A DNA stretch of 64,000 nucleotides from an uncultured Bacilli bacterium (GCA_934148995.1 CAKPDM010000001.1:4473-68472); one strand, 5' to 3'; positions 45,957-57,188 are shown, numbered from the stretch's first letter. A program made the numbers and translations. The notes: generated by a model from the sequence alone, not told the origin.

Positions 45957-46732
45957 AACATCTCCACCATTTCTTTTTGATTTAAAATAATTTTATCGAC
46001 TAGATTATAATACTTTAATTTTAAAGATAAATCAATCATAAATGGCAGGCGAAAGCCTAGTTTATTTAGCATACTATCGTCATTTAAAACGGTTAGTATA
46101 TCTCCTTCTTTTATTATTTTTCCTTCATCTAATATTGATAAGTCTACATTAGAAAAATATGTTGGTACTTCTAAGTTATTAGTCATACAAATAAAGACTA
46201 TTTTTTCTTTATATTTATTAAATATTTTTGCTAAGAATTTCAATTCATCTACTTTTAAATATTTAAATACATCATCTAGTAATATTACTTCTGGACTATA
46301 AAGGAAAGCACAAGCTAGACTTAATTTTATTTTAGTATATTTATCAAGTTCTATTATTTTTTTATTTTCATCTTTTGTTAATTGAAATAGTGATAAGATT
46401 CTTCTTTTTTCTTTGGTGATACTATCTTCACTAATATTTAATCTGTTTAAGTTGAAGATTATTTCTTCTTTTATTGTTTCGGTTTTAAATACTTCTTCTT
46501 CAAAAATAGTTTGAATTTTATATGGATACTGTCTAGAATTTATTTTTTCTATAAATGTTCTATTAACTCTAATCATTTCTTCTGTTTTAATTATACCGGC
46601 TAATACTTTTACTAAAAGAGTTTTATAGGAATTACTAGGTCCAGCAATAAATGCTATAGAACCAGTTTTAAAGGTTTTATTTATTCCATCAAATGGTGCT
46701 ATTTGTAAATTTTCAACAGTTAGTAAGGACAC
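45947..46732 (-). CDS. EcfA-like ABC ATPase paralog with degenerate catalytic motifs
   Basis: Walker A GPSNSYKT, no LSGGQ, Walker B ILLDDVF (no catalytic Glu). The C-terminal GFRLPFMIDLSLKL is reminiscent of EcfA. Confidence 0.55.
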   Translation of the reverse strand: MSLLTVENLQIAPFDGINKTFKTGSIAFIAGPSNSYKTLLVKVLAGIIKTEEMIRVNRTFIEKINSRQYPYKIQTIFEEEVFKTETIKEEIIFNLNRLNISEDSITKEKRRILSLFQLTKDENKKIIELDKYTKIKLSLACAFLYSPEVILLDDVFKYLKVDELKFLAKIFNKYKEKIVFICMTNNLEVPTYFSNVDLSILDEGKIIKEGDILTVLNDDSMLNKLGFRLPFMIDLSLKLKYYNLVDKIILNQKEMVEMLWK

Positions 46733-47496
46733 TATTTTTCCTTCTTTTTCTGTATGTGATAGGTTATTTTTGCAATCATTTTATCGCTTGCAAAGTGAGA
46801 GATAAATTTTGTTAGTTTCATCATTGTTCCTGGAATAATAACCGTTTTTCCTTGTAGACATTTTTTTATAGTATATTCTGCTACATATTTACTTGATAAT
46901 GGTTTAACTGAAAAGGTAACTCCTGCTCGTTCATTAAAATTAGTAGCAACGGGTCCTGGACATAAAACAGATATTTGAACATTACTTTTCTTTCGTCTTA
47001 ATTCTTCATTAATGGCAAGACTTAAACGATAGACATAACTTTTACTAGCATAATAACTAGATAAAAGTGGACCTGGAAAGAAAGCTGCACTACTAGCAAC
47101 ATTTAAGATAATTCCTTTATCCTTCTTTTCCATTTCTTTTAGATAAAGTTTTGTTAGAATATGTACAGCATTTATGTTGACATTTAACATTTCTAATTCT
47201 TTATCTAAATCCGTTTCATCAAAAGAGCCAAATATTCCATATCCTGCATTATTAATTAGTAAGTCAATATCATATTTTTTGGTTGATTCAAAAACTTCTT
47301 TAACATTTTCTGAATTACTAAGGTCTTTAACTATTATTTCCACATCAGTATTTAATTGTTTTTTAATTTCTTCTAAGGCTTTTTCACTCCTGGCAACCAA
47401 TATTAAATCGTATCCCATATGACTAAGAGTTATAGCCATATCCTTCCCGATTCCACTCGATGCCCCTGTAATCATCGCTTTCATCCTTGGTATCAC
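46732..47496 (-). CDS. Short-chain dehydrogenase/reductase
   Basis: ITGASSGIG cofactor motif, NNAG, and the YxxxK (YYASKSY) catalytic motif. Confidence 0.88.
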   Translation of the reverse strand: MIPRMKAMITGASSGIGKDMAITLSHMGYDLILVARSEKALEEIKKQLNTDVEIIVKDLSNSENVKEVFESTKKYDIDLLINNAGYGIFGSFDETDLDKELEMLNVNINAVHILTKLYLKEMEKKDKGIILNVASSAAFFPGPLLSSYYASKSYVYRLSLAINEELRRKKSNVQISVLCPGPVATNFNERAGVTFSVKPLSSKYVAEYTIKKCLQGKTVIIPGTMMKLTKFISHFASDKMIAKITYHIQKKKEK

Positions 47497-47608
47497 CTCA
47501 TATCATCATTGTATCAACTTTCATTGGAAAAGTCATCTATTAATAAGTTTTTTTTGTACTGATTAAATGTTCTATTCCAAATTACGACAAAAAAAGGATA
47601 TTTCTATC

Positions 47609-50035
47609 CTAAACTTGTTCAATGTATTCTAACAATTTCAAGAATAAATTCATATATTCTCGTGATAAAGATGACCTTCTTAACTTTCTAATAGCAATTC
47701 TTTTCTTCTTAATTGGTAAATCAGAAAAGATTATATCTGCTATTTTCTCTTTTAAATAAGTATTAATCTGTAAGTCCATTAAGATACTATTAATATCTTC
47801 ATTAATTAGACGAACGGCATCTATTTCAATATCTTTACCACGGCACATCAATGTTAACTGACCGATTGTATTAATATTTTTTAATTCTACTACAAAGTCA
47901 TTATCTTCTATATACATTGACTCTATCTTTATTTCCTTATCATTGTAGAAAGCTTTTACTTCCTCTGCTTGTTTAGTATTTCTAAATCTAAAGCGATAAT
48001 TTCTCTTAAGAGGAACAACTCCACTTTTTCCTTCAACTGAACGAACAATAACAGTATAATTATTTTTCATATAATTGTAATCAATATCAGTTTTTAGATA
48101 TAAACCTTCTTTATATAAGGAAGTGATACCATCATCTTCATACATAGTATAAATATTTGAAAGTCCTGGAAAGATATGAATTTCAAAATCAAGAGGAAGT
48201 CCAACATTATTTTTATCACTTCTATTTGATAGAGGAATTATCGCTCCACTCTTTGCAAATACAGGGTAATCTTCTTCACGATAGAAAGAAACATACTTCT
48301 TATCACCTGGGAATTTCTTACCAGTCTTAAAATCATACCAAGTTCCTTCTGGAATATAAAATTCATGAATTGTTCGGTTCATTGTTAAATCTTTCTTTTT
48401 AATGATTGGACAGATTAATAATTCTTTTCCAAAGAAATACTGATAGCGATACTTATTATCATCAATAACCCAAGGATAGCGGTAATAAAATGGTTCTACT
48501 AAACACTTTCCTTCCTTATAGTAACGATAACTTTCAGTATATAAATAAGGAATTAATCTATGTCTAAATCGTAAATAATCATTAACGATTGTTTCCGTCT
48601 TAACATCCCAACGCCAAGGTTCTCTCTTATAATAAACTCCTCTTGCAGCATGGAATCTTAAGATTGGACTGAAACACCCTAACTCAACATAACGAATATA
48701 AAGTTCACTTTCTTCTACACCACCATGATTTCCACCGACATCGTGACTCCAGAATGAAACACCTATATTACTAGCACTTAATGTACTAGAAGATATCTCT
48801 CTTAGACCTTCCCAAGATATTTCACTACTTCCTGCATATAATATTGGATAACGATGTGGAGCATAAAGACCATTTCTTGCTAAAAACATATTTCGTTTAG
48901 CAGGATTTCTTCCTGAATCTAGATAGTTATAATGATTGTAAGCTAATAATTTATAAACATCATTATCAGGAGTATAGTCATGAAAGAAGAAGTCTACTCC
49001 AATGCTTTCCAAAGGATGTAAAAACATCTTAAAGTATATATCTAATAGTTTTGGATTCAAAGGATCAAATAAGATTATTTTATTACCAGTAATGTTCAAA
49101 TATTGACAAGCTTGTTGATAATAAGCTTCGTGGGGATAGATGCCTTCTTTAGGATCTACTTCTAGACCAACTCTTACATTATGTTCGTGTAAGGTATCTA
49201 TAAATTCTTTAGGGTTGGGAAACAAATTAGCATTAAAAGTAAAACCCGTATGTAGATTTTTAGTTTCACCAACATCACGATAATGCCAATCTTTATCTAA
49301 AAGAAAGATAGCAAGAGGTACTTTCCTTCGTTCAAAGTGACTAACTATATCCATTGCTTTTTCGGTATCATAGGTAGTATTTCTACTCCACCAATTTCCT
49401 AAAGCATAACGCGGTATTAAAGAAGGCATACCTGTTAATTTAAAGTAATCACTAAGAGCTAAAGAAAAATCTTTATTATACATAAAAACATAAATATCAA
49501 TACTACCTTTTTCTCTTGCTTCTAAAGTTCCATCTTCTAAAAACAAGAAACTATTAGAATCATCAATAGAAGCAAAACCTTCAAGAGAATAAAGACCTCT
49601 TTTTAAGTATTGTGATAAAGGAACATCTTCACTTATCATATTGCCACCCATATTTCTAGCTTCTGGATGACCATAGTACCAATCTCTATTTTCATTTTCA
49701 TTGGTACTACTTAAAAGAGTTATTTTAAGATTTTTCATCGGATCTACTTTACTTCCCGTAAAAGGCATTTCTTTAACATAAGTAAGTCGAAAATATTTAG
49801 TAGTTATTTGAAGGAATCTATCATCTTGTTTAAGTTGATAATTAGGAAAGTTGAAAGCACGATATAAGGCAAGCTGACTAGGACTATCTACAAAATGGCC
49901 ATTTTCGTTATATTCAAGTCTTATCAGCCTTTCAGTTAATATGGTAAAACGATACTTTTCACCTTTAACAATACACTTTTCATCACTCTTTGCTTTTTTT
50001 AAATCCCGCTCAAATTGTTTCCCAAGTGGATACAT
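47609..50035 (-). CDS. Glycoside hydrolase family 31 (alpha-glucosidase/xylosidase-like)
   Basis: 808 aa. LDKDWH, GVDFFFHDY, FWSHDVGG blocks are characteristic of GH31. Confidence 0.8.
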   Translation of the reverse strand: MYPLGKQFERDLKKAKSDEKCIVKGEKYRFTILTERLIRLEYNENGHFVDSPSQLALYRAFNFPNYQLKQDDRFLQITTKYFRLTYVKEMPFTGSKVDPMKNLKITLLSSTNENENRDWYYGHPEARNMGGNMISEDVPLSQYLKRGLYSLEGFASIDDSNSFLFLEDGTLEAREKGSIDIYVFMYNKDFSLALSDYFKLTGMPSLIPRYALGNWWSRNTTYDTEKAMDIVSHFERRKVPLAIFLLDKDWHYRDVGETKNLHTGFTFNANLFPNPKEFIDTLHEHNVRVGLEVDPKEGIYPHEAYYQQACQYLNITGNKIILFDPLNPKLLDIYFKMFLHPLESIGVDFFFHDYTPDNDVYKLLAYNHYNYLDSGRNPAKRNMFLARNGLYAPHRYPILYAGSSEISWEGLREISSSTLSASNIGVSFWSHDVGGNHGGVEESELYIRYVELGCFSPILRFHAARGVYYKREPWRWDVKTETIVNDYLRFRHRLIPYLYTESYRYYKEGKCLVEPFYYRYPWVIDDNKYRYQYFFGKELLICPIIKKKDLTMNRTIHEFYIPEGTWYDFKTGKKFPGDKKYVSFYREEDYPVFAKSGAIIPLSNRSDKNNVGLPLDFEIHIFPGLSNIYTMYEDDGITSLYKEGLYLKTDIDYNYMKNNYTVIVRSVEGKSGVVPLKRNYRFRFRNTKQAEEVKAFYNDKEIKIESMYIEDNDFVVELKNINTIGQLTLMCRGKDIEIDAVRLINEDINSILMDLQINTYLKEKIADIIFSDLPIKKKRIAIRKLRRSSLSREYMNLFLKLLEYIEQV

Positions 50036-50083
50036 CTATATCATCCTTCCTATTCTTTTACTTTATAATAACATATTTTAATT

Positions 50084-51208
50084 TCATTGTAAAAACATTA
50101 CATAATATTCATCATAAGTAATATTATTTTTCTTAATGTAACTAGCAATCTTGACACCTACATAGCGATAATGCCATGGTTCACATTTATATAAAGTTAC
50201 ATCTTCTTTAGATTTAGGATATCTTAGAATAAATCCGTATTTGTAAGCATTTTCCATCATCCAGCTGTACTCTTCACTTTCTGTAAAGACGCTAGTATTT
50301 TTACTTGCTACGTCAATAGCCATTCCGGTTTGGTGTTCAGAGTAACCTGCTTTGGCGATATTTTTTTCTACATAACTATCACCATAAGCATTTTGATAAT
50401 AGGAAACTGTCTCTTCTTGATCAGCATAACTACGATAACCAGAGTTTACAACAATATCTTTACCGTCTTCTTTAGCTGCCTCTCGCATTTTATGAAAGGC
50501 TTCCACTACTTCTTTATTAGCTTTAATCTTACTACTTCCTTTAACATCATCGGATTGAAATGTTACTAAGTCATTAGGTATATATTTACTACTCAACTGA
50601 TGATGTTTATTAACTAAAGCAGTCTTACTAAATTCATTAATTACCTTTACATCCTCATATTCTTTTTTATCAAAGTCTAATTCTACGTTTAGTACTGTAA
50701 TATCTGGAGTATCATTTTCTTTATTTTTATAAGCAACATATCTATCATATTTAGATAAATGAGAATAATCAACAGAAAAGAATTCCTTAAGATACTTTAC
50801 CTTTCCTCTTTTAGCAAACTCTTTGACTTCTTCATTATTTCCTCTTGTTAATATTAGTGAAATCTCATCATCTGTATAACCTTTTTCTATTAGTTTATTA
50901 ATACTAGGAATTATGTCTTTTAGATTTTGATATTCGATATTTTTATAATGTACAAAATTTTCTTCTTTATAAGCACTACTTTCAAAAGCAGCATTTAAAG
51001 TTTTATTTTCTCCTATCTTACTTACTTTATTCCATTTAAATTTTCTAACTATTACACTAGAAGCTTTTTTACTATAACCTAATTTTTGTAAGTTTAGTTT
51101 TTTTGCAAAAAGAAAGATGAAAATAGTGATCAAAATTACTAAACCGATTAATATATATTTGCCAATGTCTGTAACTTCTTTCTTTAGTTTTAATTTTTTA
51201 ATTTTCAA
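50084..51208 (-). CDS. D-alanyl-D-alanine carboxypeptidase, VanY/M15B family, membrane-anchored
   Basis: SGYRSYADQ, SEHQTGMAIDV, EPWHYRYVG motifs. N-terminal TM. Confidence 0.85.
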   Translation of the reverse strand: MKIKKLKLKKEVTDIGKYILIGLVILITIFIFLFAKKLNLQKLGYSKKASSVIVRKFKWNKVSKIGENKTLNAAFESSAYKEENFVHYKNIEYQNLKDIIPSINKLIEKGYTDDEISLILTRGNNEEVKEFAKRGKVKYLKEFFSVDYSHLSKYDRYVAYKNKENDTPDITVLNVELDFDKKEYEDVKVINEFSKTALVNKHHQLSSKYIPNDLVTFQSDDVKGSSKIKANKEVVEAFHKMREAAKEDGKDIVVNSGYRSYADQEETVSYYQNAYGDSYVEKNIAKAGYSEHQTGMAIDVASKNTSVFTESEEYSWMMENAYKYGFILRYPKSKEDVTLYKCEPWHYRYVGVKIASYIKKNNITYDEYYVMFLQ

Positions 51209-51385
51209 TTACTACCACCTACTCTTAGATTAATTATATCAAATCACTAAAAAACTCATCAATAATATTTAATTATTTTCTTAAGTAAATTTTCTATTTA
51301 TTAGATAGAAATGTTACACTATCATTGAATAGACTTTTTCAATTTTTTCTGCTATAATAAGTGCAAATTTTAAAGGAGTGGTTTT

Positions 51386-52540
51386 ATGCGTGCTGTGGTA
51401 CTATCAGGAGGAGGAAGCAAAGGTAGTTATGAAATAGGAGTTTGGAAAGCTCTTAGAAAAATGCATATCAAGTATGATATTGTTACTGGTACTTCTATTG
51501 GAGCATTAAATGGTGCTCTTATGACTCAAAATACTTATTTTAAAGCTTTATATATCTGGAACAAATTAAGTCTTAAATATTTATTTGAACAAGAACCTAA
51601 AAATGATACTAAGATTGATATTTTAAAACTTTATGGTGATAATTTTATCAAAAATGGTGGTATGGATATTAAGAAAATTGAGACTATCATTGAAAAATGT
51701 ATTAATAAGAAAAAGTTTTATAATTCAAAAATTAACTATGGCTTAGTTACTTATAATTTTTCTACTAAGAAGCCGTTAATTATTTCGAAAAAAGATATCG
51801 AAGAAGATAAACTTATCGATTATTTAATGGCTTCTGCTACTTGTTATCCTGCTTTTCAAATGAAAAATATTGATGGAGAAAAATATATTGATGGTGGTTT
51901 TTATGATAATTTACCAGTTAATCTTGCTATAGAACTTGGGGCAACAGAAGCAATTATCGTTGATCTTCGAGCACCTGGTCTTAAAAGAATACCTAAAGAA
52001 AGTTTAAATGCTACTTATATAAAACCGAAAAATAAGATTTCTTTCTTCTTAGATTTTAATAAAAAGCAAGCAAAGATTAATATTAATTTTGGATACAATG
52101 ATACGATGAAAGCTTTTAAAAAGTTAGATGGTGATTATTTTACTTTTAGAAAAAATGAAATAAATAAATTTTATCAAAAGAATAAAGAAGAACTAAGTCA
52201 TTATTTAAATACTAATCTTACAGAAAAGAAATTATTAAAGTTAATTGAAGATTTAGGAAAAGAGTTTAGTTTAAGAGAAGATACTATTTATAGTTTAAAT
52301 AATTACTTTGAAAAACTAAGAATAGGAGTAAATAGTTCTTCTAAACTAACAACAGAGATAAAAAAAGAAATTAAAAGTAAGAATATTTCTGTAACAAAGA
52401 ATGCTAAGTTAATTACTCTATATTTCTTAAGTAATATTGAAAATAATAAAAAAGAGAATAAAGCACTTAGTTTATTCTTCGCAAAACAATATATGGAAGC
52501 GTTATTCTTATCATTTATTGGAGCACATTATGGAGAATAA
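51386..52540 (+). CDS. Patatin-like phospholipase
   Basis: LSGGGSKGSYEIG oxyanion motif, GTSIGALNG nucleophile elbow, and a later DGG. Confidence 0.85.
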   Translation: MRAVVLSGGGSKGSYEIGVWKALRKMHIKYDIVTGTSIGALNGALMTQNTYFKALYIWNKLSLKYLFEQEPKNDTKIDILKLYGDNFIKNGGMDIKKIETIIEKCINKKKFYNSKINYGLVTYNFSTKKPLIISKKDIEEDKLIDYLMASATCYPAFQMKNIDGEKYIDGGFYDNLPVNLAIELGATEAIIVDLRAPGLKRIPKESLNATYIKPKNKISFFLDFNKKQAKININFGYNDTMKAFKKLDGDYFTFRKNEINKFYQKNKEELSHYLNTNLTEKKLLKLIEDLGKEFSLREDTIYSLNNYFEKLRIGVNSSSKLTTEIKKEIKSKNISVTKNAKLITLYFLSNIENNKKENKALSLFFAKQYMEALFLSFIGAHYGE

Positions 52541-53465
52541 GTTTCCATTCACTCTTGATAATAAGAGATATCATACCCTTACTTATTTTTATAAAGAAAA
52601 ATTTGGTTGTAAAATTGCTAAAGTTAGTCTAAACGCCAACTTTTCCTGTCCTAATATTGATGGAAGGAAAAGTTATGGTGGTTGCATTTTCTGTTCTAAA
52701 TCTGGTAGTGGTGACTTTGCTGGTAATAAAGAAGAAAGCTTGTTATTACAATTTGAAAAAGGTAAAAAGATGATGCAGCAGAAATGGCCAGATGCCAAAT
52801 TTATCGCTTATTTCCAAGCAAGGACTAATACTTATGCTGATATTGACACGTTAAAAAGATATTATGAGCCATTTATTAATCACAAAGATTGTGTTGGTAT
52901 CGCTATCGCTACTAGAAGTGATGCTATTAGTGACGAGTGTCTTGATTATTTAGAAGATATTAGTAAAAGAACTTATTTGCAAGTAGAATTAGGTCTACAA
53001 TCAGCTAAAGAAGAAACTTTAAAATATATTAATCGAGGAGAAACTTTAGATGAATTCGAACTTATGGTAAAAAAACTAAGAGAAAGAAAAATAAATGTTG
53101 TTGTTCATATCATAAATGGACTACCATACGAGCAAGAAGAAGATATGCTTAATACTGTTATGTATTTAAACAAACTCGATATTCAAGGAATAAAGATTCA
53201 TATGTTACATATTTTAAAGGATACACCACTTGAAAAAATTTATAAATCTAAACCATTTAAGGTTTTAACTAGAGAAGCATATGTTGATATCACCGTTAAA
53301 CAATTAACTTATTTAAGGAAAGAAATTGTAATTCATCGCATAACAGGAGACCCCAAGAAAGAAGATTTAATCGCTCCTACCTGGCTTTTAAAGAAATTTG
53401 AAGTCTTAAATGAAATAGATAAAAAGATGGCAAAAGAAAATATTTATCAAGGAGACAATGTCTAA
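52530..53465 (+). CDS. TIGR01212-type radical SAM protein
   Basis: The start MENKFPF at 52530 overlaps the patatin stop. KVSLNANFSCPNIDGRKSYGGCIFCS cluster region. Confidence 0.8.
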   Translation: MENKFPFTLDNKRYHTLTYFYKEKFGCKIAKVSLNANFSCPNIDGRKSYGGCIFCSKSGSGDFAGNKEESLLLQFEKGKKMMQQKWPDAKFIAYFQARTNTYADIDTLKRYYEPFINHKDCVGIAIATRSDAISDECLDYLEDISKRTYLQVELGLQSAKEETLKYINRGETLDEFELMVKKLRERKINVVVHIINGLPYEQEEDMLNTVMYLNKLDIQGIKIHMLHILKDTPLEKIYKSKPFKVLTREAYVDITVKQLTYLRKEIVIHRITGDPKKEDLIAPTWLLKKFEVLNEIDKKMAKENIYQGDNV

Positions 53466-53562
53466 TAGAAATGTTAATCCCCTAGGAATTAGCATTTTTT
53501 ACTTGCCACTAAAAAAATTCTATCATATAATGTAAATAAGATAGAAAAGGTGGGATTTATAG

Positions 53563-54312
53563 ATGGATAAAAAAATCCGTTTAGTAGTCGTTTCTTCCTT
53601 TGCTCTTTTAGGAACACTTTGCATCTCTTGTGGATGTCTTTATTCCAAGCTAGATGATGAGCAAGGTCAAACTGTCGCAATAGTGGTATCACAAAAGTTA
53701 CAAGCTAATCAAAAGCAAGAAGTTACTCTTAAACTTAAGAACTTTGAACTTGAAACAAACACACCACTTAGCATAAAGATTGCTGATTATTTAGAAGAAG
53801 CTGTTAGTGAAGAAATTCTAGCAAATTTAAAATTAGATACAAGTAATGTTGATGTTACAAAAGTTGGTACTTATAAATATCAAGTTTATTATAAAAAGAA
53901 AGCTTTTGAAGGAACTATTAATATTATTGAAAAAGTAGCACCTACTAATCAAGTAGATACTATTGTATTAAAGTCATTTACGATAAAAAAAGGAACTGCT
54001 CTTTCAACAAATCCAGCTGATTATATCAGTGATCCGAATCCCTTAACAGATGAAGTTAAAGCTTTATTAAAATTTGATTTATCCGGAGTAGATATTACCA
54101 AACCAGGTCAATATCAATATACTGTTACTTTCAATAATAGTATTTATACTGCTAATATCACAGTAACAGAAGACCAAGAGAATAACATTTTATCAACAGA
54201 TGATAATAAAACAACTGATGATAAAACTACTACTCCAACTACACCAAGTGACACAACAACACCGACAACTCCTGATAATTCAACACAAACCGATACAACA
54301 CAAAAGTCATAG
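53563..54312 (+). CDS. Putative lipoprotein with two tandem ~70-aa domains and a Thr/Pro-rich tail
   Basis: Signal plus Cys region LGTLCISCGC. The internal repeat (...DVTKVGTYKYQVYY... / ...DITKPGQYQYTVTF...) is visible by eye. Confidence 0.6.
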   Translation: MDKKIRLVVVSSFALLGTLCISCGCLYSKLDDEQGQTVAIVVSQKLQANQKQEVTLKLKNFELETNTPLSIKIADYLEEAVSEEILANLKLDTSNVDVTKVGTYKYQVYYKKKAFEGTINIIEKVAPTNQVDTIVLKSFTIKKGTALSTNPADYISDPNPLTDEVKALLKFDLSGVDITKPGQYQYTVTFNNSIYTANITVTEDQENNILSTDDNKTTDDKTTTPTTPSDTTTPTTPDNSTQTDTTQKS

Positions 54313-54318
54313 ATTTCT

Positions 54319-55536
54319 CTACGACTTTTTTATTTTATGTATTAAATTTATTAAATAATAAACTGGTGAAGTAGCAACCACGTATTCTCCAATTAATTGT
54401 TCCATAAAACCATTAAAACTAGCTTTAAATTCATATATACCGTAAGTTTTGTCTTCTTTGTTAGTAATTGGTGTTCCATAGAAATTATATCGTTTATATC
54501 CGTGAGCTATAGCATATTTAATCATCTCCCACTGAATTAAGTATTGGGAATTGTACAGCATATACTTTTCATAATTACCGCTAGAAAGATAAACTATCTC
54601 TGGATTTGTCATTACAAACATTGAACCAGATAAAGTAATAATATTTTTTTTAGCCTCAGCTTTTTGTTCTTTAGCAATATTAATACGCTTTTTAAGAGAT
54701 TCTATAGTAGTATCAAAATTTTTCCTTTTACCATCGTTACACCAAGAATCAGATAAAGCTGCCTTCTTAGTTTCATTTTCCTTAATTTCAGTTTCTAATA
54801 ATTCAATATATTTATCGAGATTAAGTCTTGTTACTAAGTATTTTATCTCACCATTTTTAGAAAATAAGTCATACATTTTTTCATAATAAGAGAGAGCACG
54901 GACATCAAAGCCCTTTCTTTTTCCTGTTTCAATCATTACATCATAGAATTCTTGAAGTCCATTTTTTTTCAATTCTACAACTTCAATACCGTTCTTAATA
55001 GTTTTTCGTATATAATTTCTAGTATTTGGTTTCATCTCTTTTAAAATATCATCTTCACTCTTACCTACTAAGTCTAATAAATACATAGAAGATACTTGTT
55101 CTTCTTTTGATGATTTTTTGAAGCCTAAAGAATTTAATACATCAACAGTGATATCCGGTTTATAAGTAAGAGAAATACTATTATCTTTATCATCAAAACG
55201 ACGTAGCGGAAGATAAGGATCAAGTCTTAAACAATAACCATTATGCTTTTTTACATATTTTTTTAATTCACTTAGAAAAGTACTAACCAATTTTTTATTA
55301 TTATAATCAAGTAATGGACCACGTAGAGCATAAAATTCATATTTATTAAAATGTCTTTTTTTAGAGAGAAGTAAGGTAGCCCCTACTATTTTCTTATTTT
55401 CTTTAAGACCAAGATAGTTAACTGTCCATCCATTTGATTTACGAAGATTACCTATTTCTATTGTTTCCATAAAGTTTCTTGATGGACTTGTTTTTGAAAA
55501 CTCTTGAAATTCTTTTTCTGTTAGTTCTTCTAGCAT
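54319..55536 (-). CDS. FemAB-family peptidoglycan interpeptide aminoacyltransferase
   Basis: 405 aa. Bipartite acyltransferase fold with a central coiled-coil insert. Start FQEFSKTSPSRNFMETIE, typical of FemX/MurM-like proteins. Confidence 0.75.
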   Translation of the reverse strand: MLEELTEKEFQEFSKTSPSRNFMETIEIGNLRKSNGWTVNYLGLKENKKIVGATLLLSKKRHFNKYEFYALRGPLLDYNNKKLVSTFLSELKKYVKKHNGYCLRLDPYLPLRRFDDKDNSISLTYKPDITVDVLNSLGFKKSSKEEQVSSMYLLDLVGKSEDDILKEMKPNTRNYIRKTIKNGIEVVELKKNGLQEFYDVMIETGKRKGFDVRALSYYEKMYDLFSKNGEIKYLVTRLNLDKYIELLETEIKENETKKAALSDSWCNDGKRKNFDTTIESLKKRINIAKEQKAEAKKNIITLSGSMFVMTNPEIVYLSSGNYEKYMLYNSQYLIQWEMIKYAIAHGYKRYNFYGTPITNKEDKTYGIYEFKASFNGFMEQLIGEYVVATSPVYYLINLIHKIKKS

Positions 55537-57188
55537 TATTTCTTAGCCACCTTTCGTTTAATTTTAGCTAACATTTCTTTACCTAATACTTCATCAATAA
55601 CACCAGATTTATAAGATACTAGTAGATAAACACCAGCTCCAATAATAGTATATACCAAAATAATTGGAATATTTAAAAGTCTAACAGAAGATGAAATTGG
55701 TACAACAAATTTAACTAAAAATAGCGCTAAAATCATAAAGATATCGGCTAAAATTATTTTTCCAGTTATTTTAATAGTTGGTTTATAACTAACGCCACAT
55801 TTTTTCTTTAAATAATGTAAACATAAAATGATACCTGCTAAATAGCCTAAAATTGTAGCAGTTATTGAACCATACACTGGTTGAAGGCCTAAACTATAGA
55901 AAGTTTTAATTAAATAAACATTAGTTAAAGCCTTGATTAAAACTCCAGCAAATAAAGAAATAAATACCTCTTTATAATATTTTAAAACTTGAACAATAGA
56001 AACTAATGCTGTATAAGTAGAAATAATTAAAGCAACAAAGATGTAATATGCCATTATTTGTGCTCCAACAGCAGATTTACTACCATAAAACACATCCCAT
56101 ACTGGCTTTGATAAGAATGATAAACCAATCGTCATAGGTACAGATAAGAATAATAAAATCTGTAGAGTTTGATTAATCTTATTATGAACATCTTTTTTAT
56201 CACCTTTAACTGATGAGGAAGTAAGATTTGGTATCAAACTTATTATTATACCAGTAGAAATAGAAACTATTATCATATTTAGTTTATTTCCCCAAGTAGA
56301 AATAACACTCATAGAGTTTTCAGCTGCTACTGTTGTATAACCAGCAGTATGAACTAGTGTCTTTACTAGCGTTGTCATATCAACAAAATTATAAGCTGAT
56401 TTAAAAACATCAATCATTATAAAGGGTAAGGCATAGAAAAATATTTTTCCTAGTATTTCTTTAGTAGAAATTACAGGTTCTTCCTTTGCTTCAGTTATTT
56501 CATTAATTTCTTTTTTATGTTTAAATACTTTATCAAGTAAATATAAGTAACCGACTAATGCTCCTGCGGTTGCCCCAAAAGTTGCTACGCCGACTGCTGT
56601 TGTTAATGATAAATGAAAAACATTTAAAGCAGCATAAGAACCAAAGATAATAACTATTATACGGGCTACTTGTTCAACCACCTGAGAAATAGCCGTTGGA
56701 GTAATAAATTTATGTCCTTCTAAGTAACCTCTATATATACTTAAGATTGGTACTACTAAAATAGCTGTGGCAATTACTCTAATAACATAAGTTACATCTT
56801 TTAAAGTATTTCCACCAGTTAAATCTCCGATAATCGCTTTTGCAATGAATGGAGCAAATAAAACTAAAATAATAAAGACAAAAATTCCCATAAAAATAGC
56901 AAGTCTTCTTCCTATCTTAAAGGCTTTTTCTTTAGCATTTTTATAACCTAATGTTTGATATTCACTAATTATCTTAGAAATAGCATTTGGAATACCAGCA
57001 CAAGATAACGATTGAAATAATAAGTAAATGGTATAGGCATAACCATATAGAGCTCCACCTTGTTCACCAATTATCGCATAAAAAGGAATAACATAAAGCA
57101 TTCCCAATACTTTAGTAATAACTATTCCCATAGTAGCGATAAATGCTCCATTTAGAAACGAATTTTGCTTAAGTTCTTTTTTTCTCAT
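55536..57188 (-). CDS. MOP-superfamily flippase (MurJ/SpoVB/YtgP-like)
   Basis: 550 aa, about 14 TM. N-terminal FLNGAFIATMGIVITKVLGMLYVIPF, typical of polysaccharide/lipid II flippases. Confidence 0.75.
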   Translation of the reverse strand: MRKKELKQNSFLNGAFIATMGIVITKVLGMLYVIPFYAIIGEQGGALYGYAYTIYLLFQSLSCAGIPNAISKIISEYQTLGYKNAKEKAFKIGRRLAIFMGIFVFIILVLFAPFIAKAIIGDLTGGNTLKDVTYVIRVIATAILVVPILSIYRGYLEGHKFITPTAISQVVEQVARIIVIIFGSYAALNVFHLSLTTAVGVATFGATAGALVGYLYLLDKVFKHKKEINEITEAKEEPVISTKEILGKIFFYALPFIMIDVFKSAYNFVDMTTLVKTLVHTAGYTTVAAENSMSVISTWGNKLNMIIVSISTGIIISLIPNLTSSSVKGDKKDVHNKINQTLQILLFLSVPMTIGLSFLSKPVWDVFYGSKSAVGAQIMAYYIFVALIISTYTALVSIVQVLKYYKEVFISLFAGVLIKALTNVYLIKTFYSLGLQPVYGSITATILGYLAGIILCLHYLKKKCGVSYKPTIKITGKIILADIFMILALFLVKFVVPISSSVRLLNIPIILVYTIIGAGVYLLVSYKSGVIDEVLGKEMLAKIKRKVAKK

